Positions 25,378 through 32,745 of a DNA stretch of 34,968 nucleotides are shown piece after piece (the first letter of the stretch is position 1; every line of letters begins with the position of its first letter). Source of the stretch: an uncultured archaeon (lineage in GTDB: Archaea; Thermoplasmatota; Poseidoniia; MGIII; CG-Epi1); contig CAZMPT010000001.1 in the NCBI GenBank assembly GCA_964568285.1, positions 1 through 34,968 on the forward strand, given 5' to 3'. Both the position numbers and the translations under genes were made by a program. Under the pieces are notes generated by a model. It was not told the origin of the DNA and ran no database searches. It saw nothing but the letters and a program-made list of their open reading frames with translations.

Positions 25378-25794
25378 TCACCAGTCAATGGTGCGTTTCA
25401 CATCCATACCATAATCATACGGAACACCCTCTAATCTGGTATCCTCTAAATCTTCCCCAATTACTATTAATCCATAATGAGGATATTCTTTATTGAAGGG
25501 ACCAACTTCTCCTTCTGCATAGGTGAGTTCAGCAATAAGGGCCTGTTCAATTTCATCAGTTCGGGTAAAACCGTAGCCCCAACGCATTCCCTTCCATTCC
25601 CACATGATTAAGTCCCTTTCTCTTCGGTCATAATAAGGGCCTTCATAGTGAGTATATTCAAATCCTTTAGGGTTTTCAGCCCATTCTAAAATGTTTGCAG
25701 GGTTGCCACTTCCAGCGTATTCCTCAAATATTCCCTCAACTATGTCTTTATTTTCCATCTCTGTGATTAGCATAACATCGGAATAGTAGCCCAT
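25378..25794 (-). CDS. Hypothetical protein (138 aa)
   Basis: The SD GAGGGAT lies 4 nt before the ATG. Confidence 0.6.
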   Translation of the reverse strand: MGYYSDVMLITEMENKDIVEGIFEEYAGSGNPANILEWAENPKGFEYTHYEGPYYDRRERDLIMWEWKGMRWGYGFTRTDEIEQALIAELTYAEGEVGPFNKEYPHYGLIVIGEDLEDTRLEGVPYDYGMDVKRTIDW

Positions 25795-25803
25795 AATTAT
25801 CCC

Positions 25804-25977
25804 TCAAAGGACAGATACACGGCGAATATCATTCCAACGCATAGTTTCGTTTTCAAACCCCGCCTCAATAATCATTAGGTGCGCTTCAGCCCCTTCATAG
25901 GTAGGAAATACGATTTCTGACATTCTGGGGACATTCTCGTTTTCATTTAACCATAGTATTACATATCCTGCCGACAT
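25804..25977 (-). CDS. Small protein (57 aa), not in the ORF track
   Basis: Translates as MSAGYVILWLNENENVPRMSEIVFPTYEGAEAHLMIIEAGFENETMRWNDIRRVSVL. The ATG directly abuts the upstream stop, and its own stop lies within the SD of the next gene. Confidence 0.5.
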   Translation of the reverse strand: MSAGYVILWLNENENVPRMSEIVFPTYEGAEAHLMIIEAGFENETMRWNDIRRVSVL

Positions 25978-26610
25978 TTAACTCCACTCCCTCTGATGTT
26001 CTTCTGAAAATCCACCTTGTTCGCACGGGTCTTTCATAGACACATATACTGACTTTCCAATGCCTAAATTTTCTGACCAATTATCAATCCCTTCGGCTAA
26101 ATCTCCTAAGAACATTGATAGCATATCTTTTAGAGCCTCTCTAATTTGTCCCATTTCAGCGATTTTGGATAATGCACGGCGATTGGTGCTGCGCTTGCGT
26201 AGTAAAATGTCCTCAAAAATTTGATTCCACCCTATTTCTTCCGCAGTTTGAAACTCAAAATCTGTGGCTACCACAGCCATTTGAAAATCTAATAGTAGTT
26301 CGCAGATAGATTCTTGCTCAATGATACCTTCCATCAACATCATATTCTGCGCCCATTCCATGACACCATCGGGCAAATTATCTTCGTGAGGTTCAATACA
26401 AAGCAGTTGGGCCTCTCCTTCCTCATTTTGACCTAGTAAATATGCGCCCGCAATAAAGACACTTTCCGTTGTATCTGGAATAAAACCCATAACAGGAACA
26501 ATAGTTGCATTATCCCAATTAGTAATGTTTCCTTCTTTAGCAGTTTCTCTAATTTGAGATTCCAGCCCACTTTCTAACATCTCATTGAATAATTTCTTCA
26601 TTTTTTCCAT
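25978..26610 (-). CDS. Acidic hypothetical protein (210 aa)
   Basis: The exact promoter motif lies 36 nt upstream. The SD AGGAGG lies 7 nt before the ATG. Confidence 0.65.
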   Translation of the reverse strand: MEKMKKLFNEMLESGLESQIRETAKEGNITNWDNATIVPVMGFIPDTTESVFIAGAYLLGQNEEGEAQLLCIEPHEDNLPDGVMEWAQNMMLMEGIIEQESICELLLDFQMAVVATDFEFQTAEEIGWNQIFEDILLRKRSTNRRALSKIAEMGQIREALKDMLSMFLGDLAEGIDNWSENLGIGKSVYVSMKDPCEQGGFSEEHQREWS

Positions 26611-26645
26611 ATTTCCGCCTCCTGCGTTCTATCTATTATTGTATT

Positions 26646-26655
26646 ACCTATTTAA
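26646..26655 (-). promoter_or_regulatory. Promoter element, exact TTAAATAGGT
   Basis: 36 nt to ATG 26610, with AGGAGG in the leader. Confidence 0.7.
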
Positions 26656-26664
26656 CTATCTTCA

Positions 26665-26835
26665 TTAGGCTAAGAAAGATGCTGCCACCAATGCAGTAGT
26701 TCCGATTACCTTTGCTCCCACTAATTTGTTCGGTGTATCCAATTTATCGGTCAATAGATACAATCCGATAACTATTGCATCAATTGTCAGTATAGTTACG
26801 ATGGCGTTTGGGATACCAAGAGTTTTTCCATGCAT
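26665..26835 (-). CDS. Small two-TM membrane protein (56 aa), not in the ORF track
   Basis: Translates as MHGKTLGIPNAIVTILTIDAIVIGLYLLTDKLDTPNKLVGAKVIGTTALVAASFLA. The SD AAGGTGAT lies 4 nt before the ATG. Confidence 0.55.
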   Translation of the reverse strand: MHGKTLGIPNAIVTILTIDAIVIGLYLLTDKLDTPNKLVGAKVIGTTALVAASFLA

Positions 26836-26844
26836 TTTATCACC

Positions 26845-27651
26845 TTAATTTACTATTTGAATATATCCGCTTCTGGCTGTAGGATTATACGCAGCCGAAC
26901 CTAATGTTAAAAGAAGATAATTATATTGTTCGTATCTTCTGCGTCCAGTCCCTCCTGCTCTCTGACGAGATTTTCTACTGGCTTTTCCATAAAATCTTGC
27001 ACTTATTTGAGTTCCGGGCCTAATTCTTGCTGCAAAATCTTCTGCTGCATCTCCATAAAGATTAACAAATCCCACAGTGCAGTTAGGGTTTTGAGGAAAA
27101 CCTACGGGAAATCGTAGGATAGCATATGTTATATCAAACGGGCCTGTTTCATTAAATCTATCTCGCACCCCACAAGCAGGACATTGATTACCATATCCCG
27201 CCGCAGATTGTCTTACACTCCGAACCCAATTACCGCCGCAGTTCTGACAATTAAGCCTCATTTCTTGCCCTTGTCCTTCTGATTGTTGAGGGCCATTAAC
27301 ATATCTAAAGTCGGAAGCATCTCTACCATCGGTCACTACATAAGTTAATTCAGGTGTTAATCCTCCAAAATGATTACGCCTTCTGTTCCAACCTTCTCTT
27401 TGACTTCTTTTATTGTTCCTAATTTCGGTCACCCATTCCGTTAGCGGTCCCCAATCATTACAAGAAGGATTTTCAAAGTCATATGGCGTTCCTGAATACG
27501 AGGCCAATGCTCTGGAAGGTCTAACAACTTCGGAAGCATCTCCAGTAATCCGATTAATACCTCGTCTCGCACTTTCTTGAATATAATTGATAACTACGGT
27601 GGACTCTAACATATTTTCTACCCTATCGTAGAGATTAGAAGATTCCTGCAT
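26845..27651 (-). CDS. Zn-ribbon protein, possibly an RPA DBD-C-like OB-fold ssDNA-binding protein
   Basis: CQNCGG-x(19)-CPACG is followed by ITYAILRF...TVGFVNLYGDAAEDFAARIRPG, which resembles the Zn-ribbon-in-OB layout of RPA. Leaderless, 20 nt from motif 27671. Confidence 0.4.
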   Translation of the reverse strand: MQESSNLYDRVENMLESTVVINYIQESARRGINRITGDASEVVRPSRALASYSGTPYDFENPSCNDWGPLTEWVTEIRNNKRSQREGWNRRRNHFGGLTPELTYVVTDGRDASDFRYVNGPQQSEGQGQEMRLNCQNCGGNWVRSVRQSAAGYGNQCPACGVRDRFNETGPFDITYAILRFPVGFPQNPNCTVGFVNLYGDAAEDFAARIRPGTQISARFYGKASRKSRQRAGGTGRRRYEQYNYLLLTLGSAAYNPTARSGYIQIVN

Positions 27652-27670
27652 AATAATATTGAACTCTTCC

Positions 27671-27680
27671 TACTATTTAA
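27671..27680 (-). promoter_or_regulatory. Promoter element, variant TTAAATAGTA
   Basis: 20 nt to ATG 27651. Confidence 0.6.
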
Positions 27681-27686
27681 TTTTGA

Positions 27687-28283
27687 TTATAGCATCTTCC
27701 AATGTTGTCGGGCCATTCCAATTGATTTTACACCATCTACTACAATATTTTCATATTCATTTAGAAAATCTTCCCACAAGATATAGTAGGAATTATGCCC
27801 TATTTTAGCACAAGGATTCATTTTTAGGTTGCTACTATATCCAATAACGGCCATTCTCTTGAATTCTTGGATAGACATTGTATAGTATCCATTGTGCGGC
27901 TTGACATTTTTGAGCCATTCCTGATGAAAATCTACGCTGCTTTTGGATTTCTTGGCTTTAGTGGTTTTTTCTCCGTGCATTTCTTTAACTTCTTGTCGTA
28001 AGTCATGTCCACAATTTCGGCAACGCACGAAGACACCCTCTTCATCTTCCGCATACTCTAAGTCAAAACAAAAATCAGAGTATTGTAATGTCCATTTAGG
28101 TTTCGGTTCGCCCCATTTACTATCCCACTCTTCTAAAGTGGAACATTGAGGACAGAATGCTGTTGTAGGGACATAATTCTTATTACGCCCTCTCTGTTGC
28201 TCAAATCCTTGCGCTTCTTTTTCAGGAATATACCTCTCACTTCCGGAGATAGCCTCTCCTTGTTTAATGGTGTATTCCTCCAT
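27687..28283 (-). CDS. Zn-ribbon hypothetical protein (198 aa)
   Basis: Contains CPQCS...CRNCGH. Leaderless, 21 nt from motif 28304. Confidence 0.6.
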   Translation of the reverse strand: MEEYTIKQGEAISGSERYIPEKEAQGFEQQRGRNKNYVPTTAFCPQCSTLEEWDSKWGEPKPKWTLQYSDFCFDLEYAEDEEGVFVRCRNCGHDLRQEVKEMHGEKTTKAKKSKSSVDFHQEWLKNVKPHNGYYTMSIQEFKRMAVIGYSSNLKMNPCAKIGHNSYYILWEDFLNEYENIVVDGVKSIGMARQHWKML

Positions 28284-28303
28284 AAGTAGGATATATCACA
28301 ATC

Positions 28304-28313
28304 ACTTATTTAA
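28304..28313 (-). promoter_or_regulatory. Promoter element, variant TTAAATAAGT
   Basis: 21 nt to ATG 28283. Contains the TAA stop of 28310..28621. Confidence 0.65.
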
Positions 28314-28621
28314 GCACTACTGTTAAAACTTTCGGGGTATTTTTGTTGTAGGTCAGATAATTTTTGTTGTAGGTCGTCATACTTGGCCCTTGCTTTATCT
28401 TGAAGTTCCATAGCCTTTGCTTCTAAAGCGGTGAGTCCTGCACCCGATGGTGTAATCACCACATATCCCTTTTCAAGTTGGTGTAATTGATTAGGGTAAA
28501 TGACTTGCACCAATCTTGCGGGATTAATAACTGCATTTAGTCCATATTCATTGATTATTTCGGTGGCACAGGTCAAGGCCCTGTCTTCATTCTCAAACAC
28601 GGTAGCGTTCATTTGGGTCAT
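28310..28621 (-). CDS. Hypothetical protein (103 aa) with a C-terminal coiled coil
   Basis: Leaderless, 20 nt from the exact motif at 28641. Its TAA stop lies inside the next TATA box. Confidence 0.6.
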   Translation of the reverse strand: MTQMNATVFENEDRALTCATEIINEYGLNAVINPARLVQVIYPNQLHQLEKGYVVITPSGAGLTALEAKAMELQDKARAKYDDLQQKLSDLQQKYPESFNSSA

Positions 28622-28640
28622 AAATAGTGATTATATCACT

Positions 28641-28650
28641 ACCTATTTAA
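28641..28650 (-). promoter_or_regulatory. Promoter element, exact TTAAATAGGT
   Basis: 20 nt to ATG 28621. Contains the TAG stop of 28643..29188. Confidence 0.75.
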
Positions 28651-29188
28651 GATTGGCTTTTTTAACTCGAATCTTATCTCTACGAGCGGTTTTTCTTAGC
28701 GTATCCAACTTTTTGAGAGATTCTTTGAATGGAAGCCCTCTGATTTCAGGATTAAGGTAATAAATTTTGATTATCCCTTTATTGGTAGTTACTTCTTGGT
28801 TATGAATAACATTATAGGGACTCATACTTCTTATCCTCATAGAAACTTTGTTGGAAGATAGAGGACATCCGTGCAATTCACCATATCTCGTGATTTGTTT
28901 AGCAGTTAATCCTTCCGGAAAAACTCTCAAGATATTGATAAGGGCATAGTATTTGCGAATACCTTGTGCTGCGTGAGAGCAATCATGTCCACAAAATGAA
29001 TCTTTTCTTCTTCCATCGTGTCGATATTCATACTCTTTATGACACCAATTACACTTTCTTTGTAGCACGGGCCACTTTTTATTAGATACTTTAATATCTT
29101 TGGTTAAAAAACAGTATTCACTACAAAAAGACTCATACATACTATCTTTGAATAAGTGCCAGCAATTTGGATGCACACATTTCCTCAT
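28643..29188 (-). CDS. Tandem TRASH/FCS-type zinc-finger plus winged-helix DNA-binding protein (paralog of 23157..23696)
   Basis: Contains CVHPNC...FCSEYC and CNWCHKEY...FCGHDC, then LRVFPEGLTAKQI...wHTH and a basic tail. Leaderless, 21 nt from the exact motif at 29209. Confidence 0.65.
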   Translation of the reverse strand: MRKCVHPNCWHLFKDSMYESFCSEYCFLTKDIKVSNKKWPVLQRKCNWCHKEYEYRHDGRRKDSFCGHDCSHAAQGIRKYYALINILRVFPEGLTAKQITRYGELHGCPLSSNKVSMRIRSMSPYNVIHNQEVTTNKGIIKIYYLNPEIRGLPFKESLKKLDTLRKTARRDKIRVKKANLK

Positions 29189-29208
29189 GAGATATGTATA
29201 TCTCTATG

Positions 29209-29218
29209 ACCTATTTAA
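29209..29218 (-). promoter_or_regulatory. Promoter element, exact TTAAATAGGT
   Basis: 21 nt to ATG 29188. Confidence 0.75.
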
Positions 29219-29221
29219 TCA

Positions 29222-29377
29222 TTAATCTTGTTTCGGCCATTTATCTAAAGGACAATCTTGAGTAACCATTTGCGCCTTTATTCGCATATTACATCCGCAC
29301 AGATTACAAAAACTTCCTGTTAATTTACGGGTCAATTCAGGGCAAGCCCTACAAATTGCCATGCGCTCATCATACAT
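29222..29377 (-). CDS. Small Cys-rich protein (51 aa), not in the ORF track
   Basis: Translates as MYDERMAICRACPELTRKLTGSFCNLCGCNMRIKAQMVTQDCPLDKWPKQD. The ATG lies 1 nt after the upstream stop. Confidence 0.5.
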   Translation of the reverse strand: MYDERMAICRACPELTRKLTGSFCNLCGCNMRIKAQMVTQDCPLDKWPKQD

Positions 29378-29378
29378 C

Positions 29379-29939
29379 TTAAGTTTCGTCATCATCTAAC
29401 GCATCCACAATTTTGGTATTTAATTCTTCTTCTGTATTGAAGGAACTGTAATAGAATTCGTGTTCATCTATTGCCAAATACCTGAAATAGTGAGGTGGAG
29501 AATTTAATATATGTTCCTCTATTGCCAAAATGTTGACGATATTGTTCATTATGGTGTCATCAGTATTAGCGATGGTGAAGGTTATACTATATCGGTCATC
29601 AATATCAAAATAGTATCCTTTTTTCTTGAAATATTCACTATATTCAGGTTTTATTGTAATAGTAATCTCAATGGAATATTCTTGGTCATCATCTGGGAGA
29701 GTTCCTTCTATTGGTTTGTCGTCATCATCATGTTCTGCATATCTATTTATCAAAAATTGTCTAAAATCAGTTACCATTTCTCGCCATTTTGAATTTACCT
29801 TCCATAATTCTAAAATTTTATCTGCATTAAGGGATTGGGCTTCCGTATGGTCATCACCATATCCATAATCACATCCACATACATAGTAACCATCAGAATG
29901 CTGCCGACAATAGTTAATTAATGAGATAGGAGTATCCAT
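29379..29939 (-). CDS. Acidic hypothetical protein (186 aa)
   Basis: Leaderless, 21 nt from the variant TTAATATAAC (29960-29969). Confidence 0.6.
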   Translation of the reverse strand: MDTPISLINYCRQHSDGYYVCGCDYGYGDDHTEAQSLNADKILELWKVNSKWREMVTDFRQFLINRYAEHDDDDKPIEGTLPDDDQEYSIEITITIKPEYSEYFKKKGYYFDIDDRYSITFTIANTDDTIMNNIVNILAIEEHILNSPPHYFRYLAIDEHEFYYSSFNTEEELNTKIVDALDDDET

Positions 29940-29959
29940 GTATTATTCTTTGACTTTTA

Positions 29960-29969
29960 GTTATATTAA
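29960..29969 (-). promoter_or_regulatory. Promoter element, variant TTAATATAAC
   Basis: 21 nt to ATG 29939. Confidence 0.45.
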
Positions 29970-29991
29970 CTTATGTAATCCTAAAGATAAA

Positions 29992-30001
29992 TTGAAATAG
30001 T
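29992..30001 (+). promoter_or_regulatory. Promoter element, variant TTGAAATAGT
   Basis: 21 nt to ATG 30022. Divergent partner of 29960-29969. Confidence 0.55.
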
Positions 30002-30021
30002 CGTGGAGAGGAAATTATACT

Positions 30022-30843
30022 ATGGGTATAGAAGATGTCGCCAAGTTCGCCAAGTTTGGAAGGGGTGCTGGCGATGTAGGCACCGCTTTTATGAAAACCC
30101 AAAAAGGATTGGCGATGGTTGATGCTGCGGTTACGGCAGGGAAGGTTGGTGGTGATGCCGCATCTATGGCTAAATATGCATCTGAACAGGCTGCTATCAT
30201 CAATAAGGGTGTTTTAGAACGAATGGGTAGATTTACCAAACAGTTAGATAAGGCTTCATCCAATAAATTGATGGGAATGGGTAAAACCCTTAGCGAACAA
30301 GTTGGCACTTATTCGGCTCAATTGGCAAAAAAATTAGGTGACCCATCGGCGGCGGGTGAATTATCTAAGTTAATCAATCCCAAAGTAACCAGTATTTACA
30401 AGAAATCTATGAAGATGTCTAAGAAAAACTTGATAGGTAAGACTGATGAGGGTGCAGCACTAACTGGTAGAGCAGCAGATGATGTGGCAGAAGCCAATGC
30501 CACTTTTGGCTCTAGAATATTGAATGGTATTTGGCCTCCCGGAAGAGGTTCTGTGATTCTTGCTGGTATGGGTATCTTGATTTGGGCTGGACCTTTGGAT
30601 GCATTAGCAGGTCTAACTACTACCCTTGAACGATTCAATTTCCTCCCTGAAGGGACAACTAATGGTTTAATTGCATTTTGGGGTAAATTAAGAGGATTTA
30701 TTACGGCTGTATTGTGGGCTGCTATTCTCTTAGGGACATTCTGGGTGATGAATATGGTATTTGGTGCTGCAAAAACAGCAAAAGGTGTTGTAGATGCTGT
30801 TACCGACAATATAGTTCCAGATGCAGAGCCATCTGGAGCGTGA
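30022..30843 (+). CDS. Basic membrane protein (273 aa; helical N-domain plus 2-3 C-terminal TM helices)
   Basis: TM segments are SVILAGMGILIWAGPL and FITAVLWAAILLGTFWVMNMVFGAA. Leaderless, 21 nt after TTGAAATAGT (29992-30001). Confidence 0.7.
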   Translation: MGIEDVAKFAKFGRGAGDVGTAFMKTQKGLAMVDAAVTAGKVGGDAASMAKYASEQAAIINKGVLERMGRFTKQLDKASSNKLMGMGKTLSEQVGTYSAQLAKKLGDPSAAGELSKLINPKVTSIYKKSMKMSKKNLIGKTDEGAALTGRAADDVAEANATFGSRILNGIWPPGRGSVILAGMGILIWAGPLDALAGLTTTLERFNFLPEGTTNGLIAFWGKLRGFITAVLWAAILLGTFWVMNMVFGAAKTAKGVVDAVTDNIVPDAEPSGA

Positions 30844-31984
30844 TAACTTGTCAGATAGTTGGGACTTTGTAATTGCTCCAGAGGATTTGGAAACTACTAA
30901 TACTGCCGGTGCATTATTACAAATGCTCCCTGATGGCAGCATTGCCAATAAGTCTGGTCAATGGATTTCAACAAGAGGTTATGAGGTAGAAGATAATTGG
31001 TGCAGAACTGGTTTGGCAGCCAAGTTGGTGCATATTGATGATAAAGGAAAATCAAAGAATGTTGTAGTTACTGGAGATTCTGGAGAATATGATTTAACTG
31101 CTCCCGAAGGCAATAATAAGTTTAGAATATTTGTGAAAACAATTTCTGGGACTGATGAGGGTGATGAACCATGGATTGCTGGGGCTTGGGATTCAGATGC
31201 TTTATGTTCGGCACAAGATTTTACTGATATGGTCTGCCAAGAAAATGTGATTGGAGAATTCAGAGGTCGTTCTGATAGAGTGACTGTGAATATCAGACAA
31301 CTTAACATTCCTTATTTTGCAGCATTGGAAGCAAAAGTTCTTAGTGATTCAGAGAATCCGGAGCGTCTATTACGCAATCCAGAGTTGTTATATCAAAAAA
31401 CTAGGGAGTTAATAGACCCGAATATGGTTATGGCCCTACGAAGAAGTAAAACATGGGTTACAGACGGAAATGGTGATGGCACATGGGATTTTAATATACC
31501 AGACGATTGGCCTCCCGGCCCCATATTTATTACAGTAGAGTATGGATATGACGCAGCCAGTGAAAAAAGCACAGGCGAACTTGGGATGGAGATGTTAGAG
31601 AGGGCTGCAATACTAGTTACTATTGGGTTGGAAATAGCACTCGCAATTCTTTGTTGGCCCTGTGGTGTAGTTTATTTCTTGGCTGTTGATGTGTGGGAAA
31701 TTGCCCAACTGTTTGCTCAAGTTCCAATGGGGGGACAAAACAAATATGGTTGCACATTCCCCCCTATCACCCACGCAACTCCTCTGTTGGCCGCTTATCA
31801 GATAGACTATAAGGGTTCGGAAGCAAAAATCTATGAAGATATGGATGCTGGGGCGAAACAGTTTATGGCACAGTTGGTAAAAGATGAAGAAGTTAGGAAA
31901 CAAAATATGTTGCTATCTTTAGGAGTCGTTGGAGGTGCAACTTTATTAGTTGCAGGTTTTTGGTTAGCATTCGGAGGGGAATAA
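30821..31984 (+). CDS. Membrane protein (large N-terminal domain, C-terminal TM helices)
   Basis: TM segments are AAILVTIGLEIALAILCWPCGVVYFLAV and LLSLGVVGGATLLVAGFWLAF. The ATG at 30821 lacks an SD. The alternative is TTG 30848, 3 nt after GGAGCGTGAT. Confidence 0.65.
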   Translation: MQSHLERDNLSDSWDFVIAPEDLETTNTAGALLQMLPDGSIANKSGQWISTRGYEVEDNWCRTGLAAKLVHIDDKGKSKNVVVTGDSGEYDLTAPEGNNKFRIFVKTISGTDEGDEPWIAGAWDSDALCSAQDFTDMVCQENVIGEFRGRSDRVTVNIRQLNIPYFAALEAKVLSDSENPERLLRNPELLYQKTRELIDPNMVMALRRSKTWVTDGNGDGTWDFNIPDDWPPGPIFITVEYGYDAASEKSTGELGMEMLERAAILVTIGLEIALAILCWPCGVVYFLAVDVWEIAQLFAQVPMGGQNKYGCTFPPITHATPLLAAYQIDYKGSEAKIYEDMDAGAKQFMAQLVKDEEVRKQNMLLSLGVVGGATLLVAGFWLAFGGE

Positions 31985-31986
31985 AG

Positions 31987-32745
31987 ATGCCAGCAGAGAA
32001 TGAAAACTTAGAAGAACAACGACAAGAGAACTTTTTGAAAGCCTATAATGATGGAAAAAGCCATGTCGCTGGTGAAGCATATTGGGATGAACCTGATTTT
32101 ACTATTTTTGATGTATTAGATATGGAGGATGAACATGAATATCCATGGGTTTGTGACACATTTCACCAATATGCGATAGGCACTAGTCAGAAAAATGCAG
32201 ATGAGAATGATTTGAGATTATGGAAGAACGATATTATTTTTGGTTTTCAGGCTAGTGATACCAGTGGATGGTGGAGTGCGGATTTGGGAACATCAATGCA
32301 TTATAGCAGCGACCACAAAGTTCGTATTGATATTTATCACACAGATTCTAAGGGAAGGGTGGATAAAGTAATATCAAATTATGATTTAATGGGTGGGGAT
32401 GCAGATAATGGTATTAGATACCTTCCTTTTTATCCATCTAAAATAGGGAAATATACTGTCTGGATTAATAGAGTCCTATCAGCAGGAAGTTGTGGTGTTC
32501 CCATGGAAGGAACTAACAATTTTTGGAAATACGAGATAGAAATAAAACCTCCCGCAGAAGGTGATGAGATACCTGATGGTATTGATGTGGATTATGATGC
32601 ACTTAGGGAAGAATTTGAACAGTATCAATTAAATATGGCTTTAATGGGTGGGGAAACAGTATCTCCGATTACCCCTCTGGCACTATTAGGAACTGGTATA
32701 GTAGTGTCTTTAATAGCATATGGTATGTTTTCTTTATTCAAATAA
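31987..32745 (+). CDS. C-terminally anchored membrane protein (252 aa)
   Basis: The ATG at 31987 lies 6 nt after GGAGGGG. The track start at 31960 is a TTG/GTG-type extension. The C-terminal TM helix is LALLGTGIVVSLIAYGMFSLF. Confidence 0.65.
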   Translation: MPAENENLEEQRQENFLKAYNDGKSHVAGEAYWDEPDFTIFDVLDMEDEHEYPWVCDTFHQYAIGTSQKNADENDLRLWKNDIIFGFQASDTSGWWSADLGTSMHYSSDHKVRIDIYHTDSKGRVDKVISNYDLMGGDADNGIRYLPFYPSKIGKYTVWINRVLSAGSCGVPMEGTNNFWKYEIEIKPPAEGDEIPDGIDVDYDALREEFEQYQLNMALMGGETVSPITPLALLGTGIVVSLIAYGMFSLFK

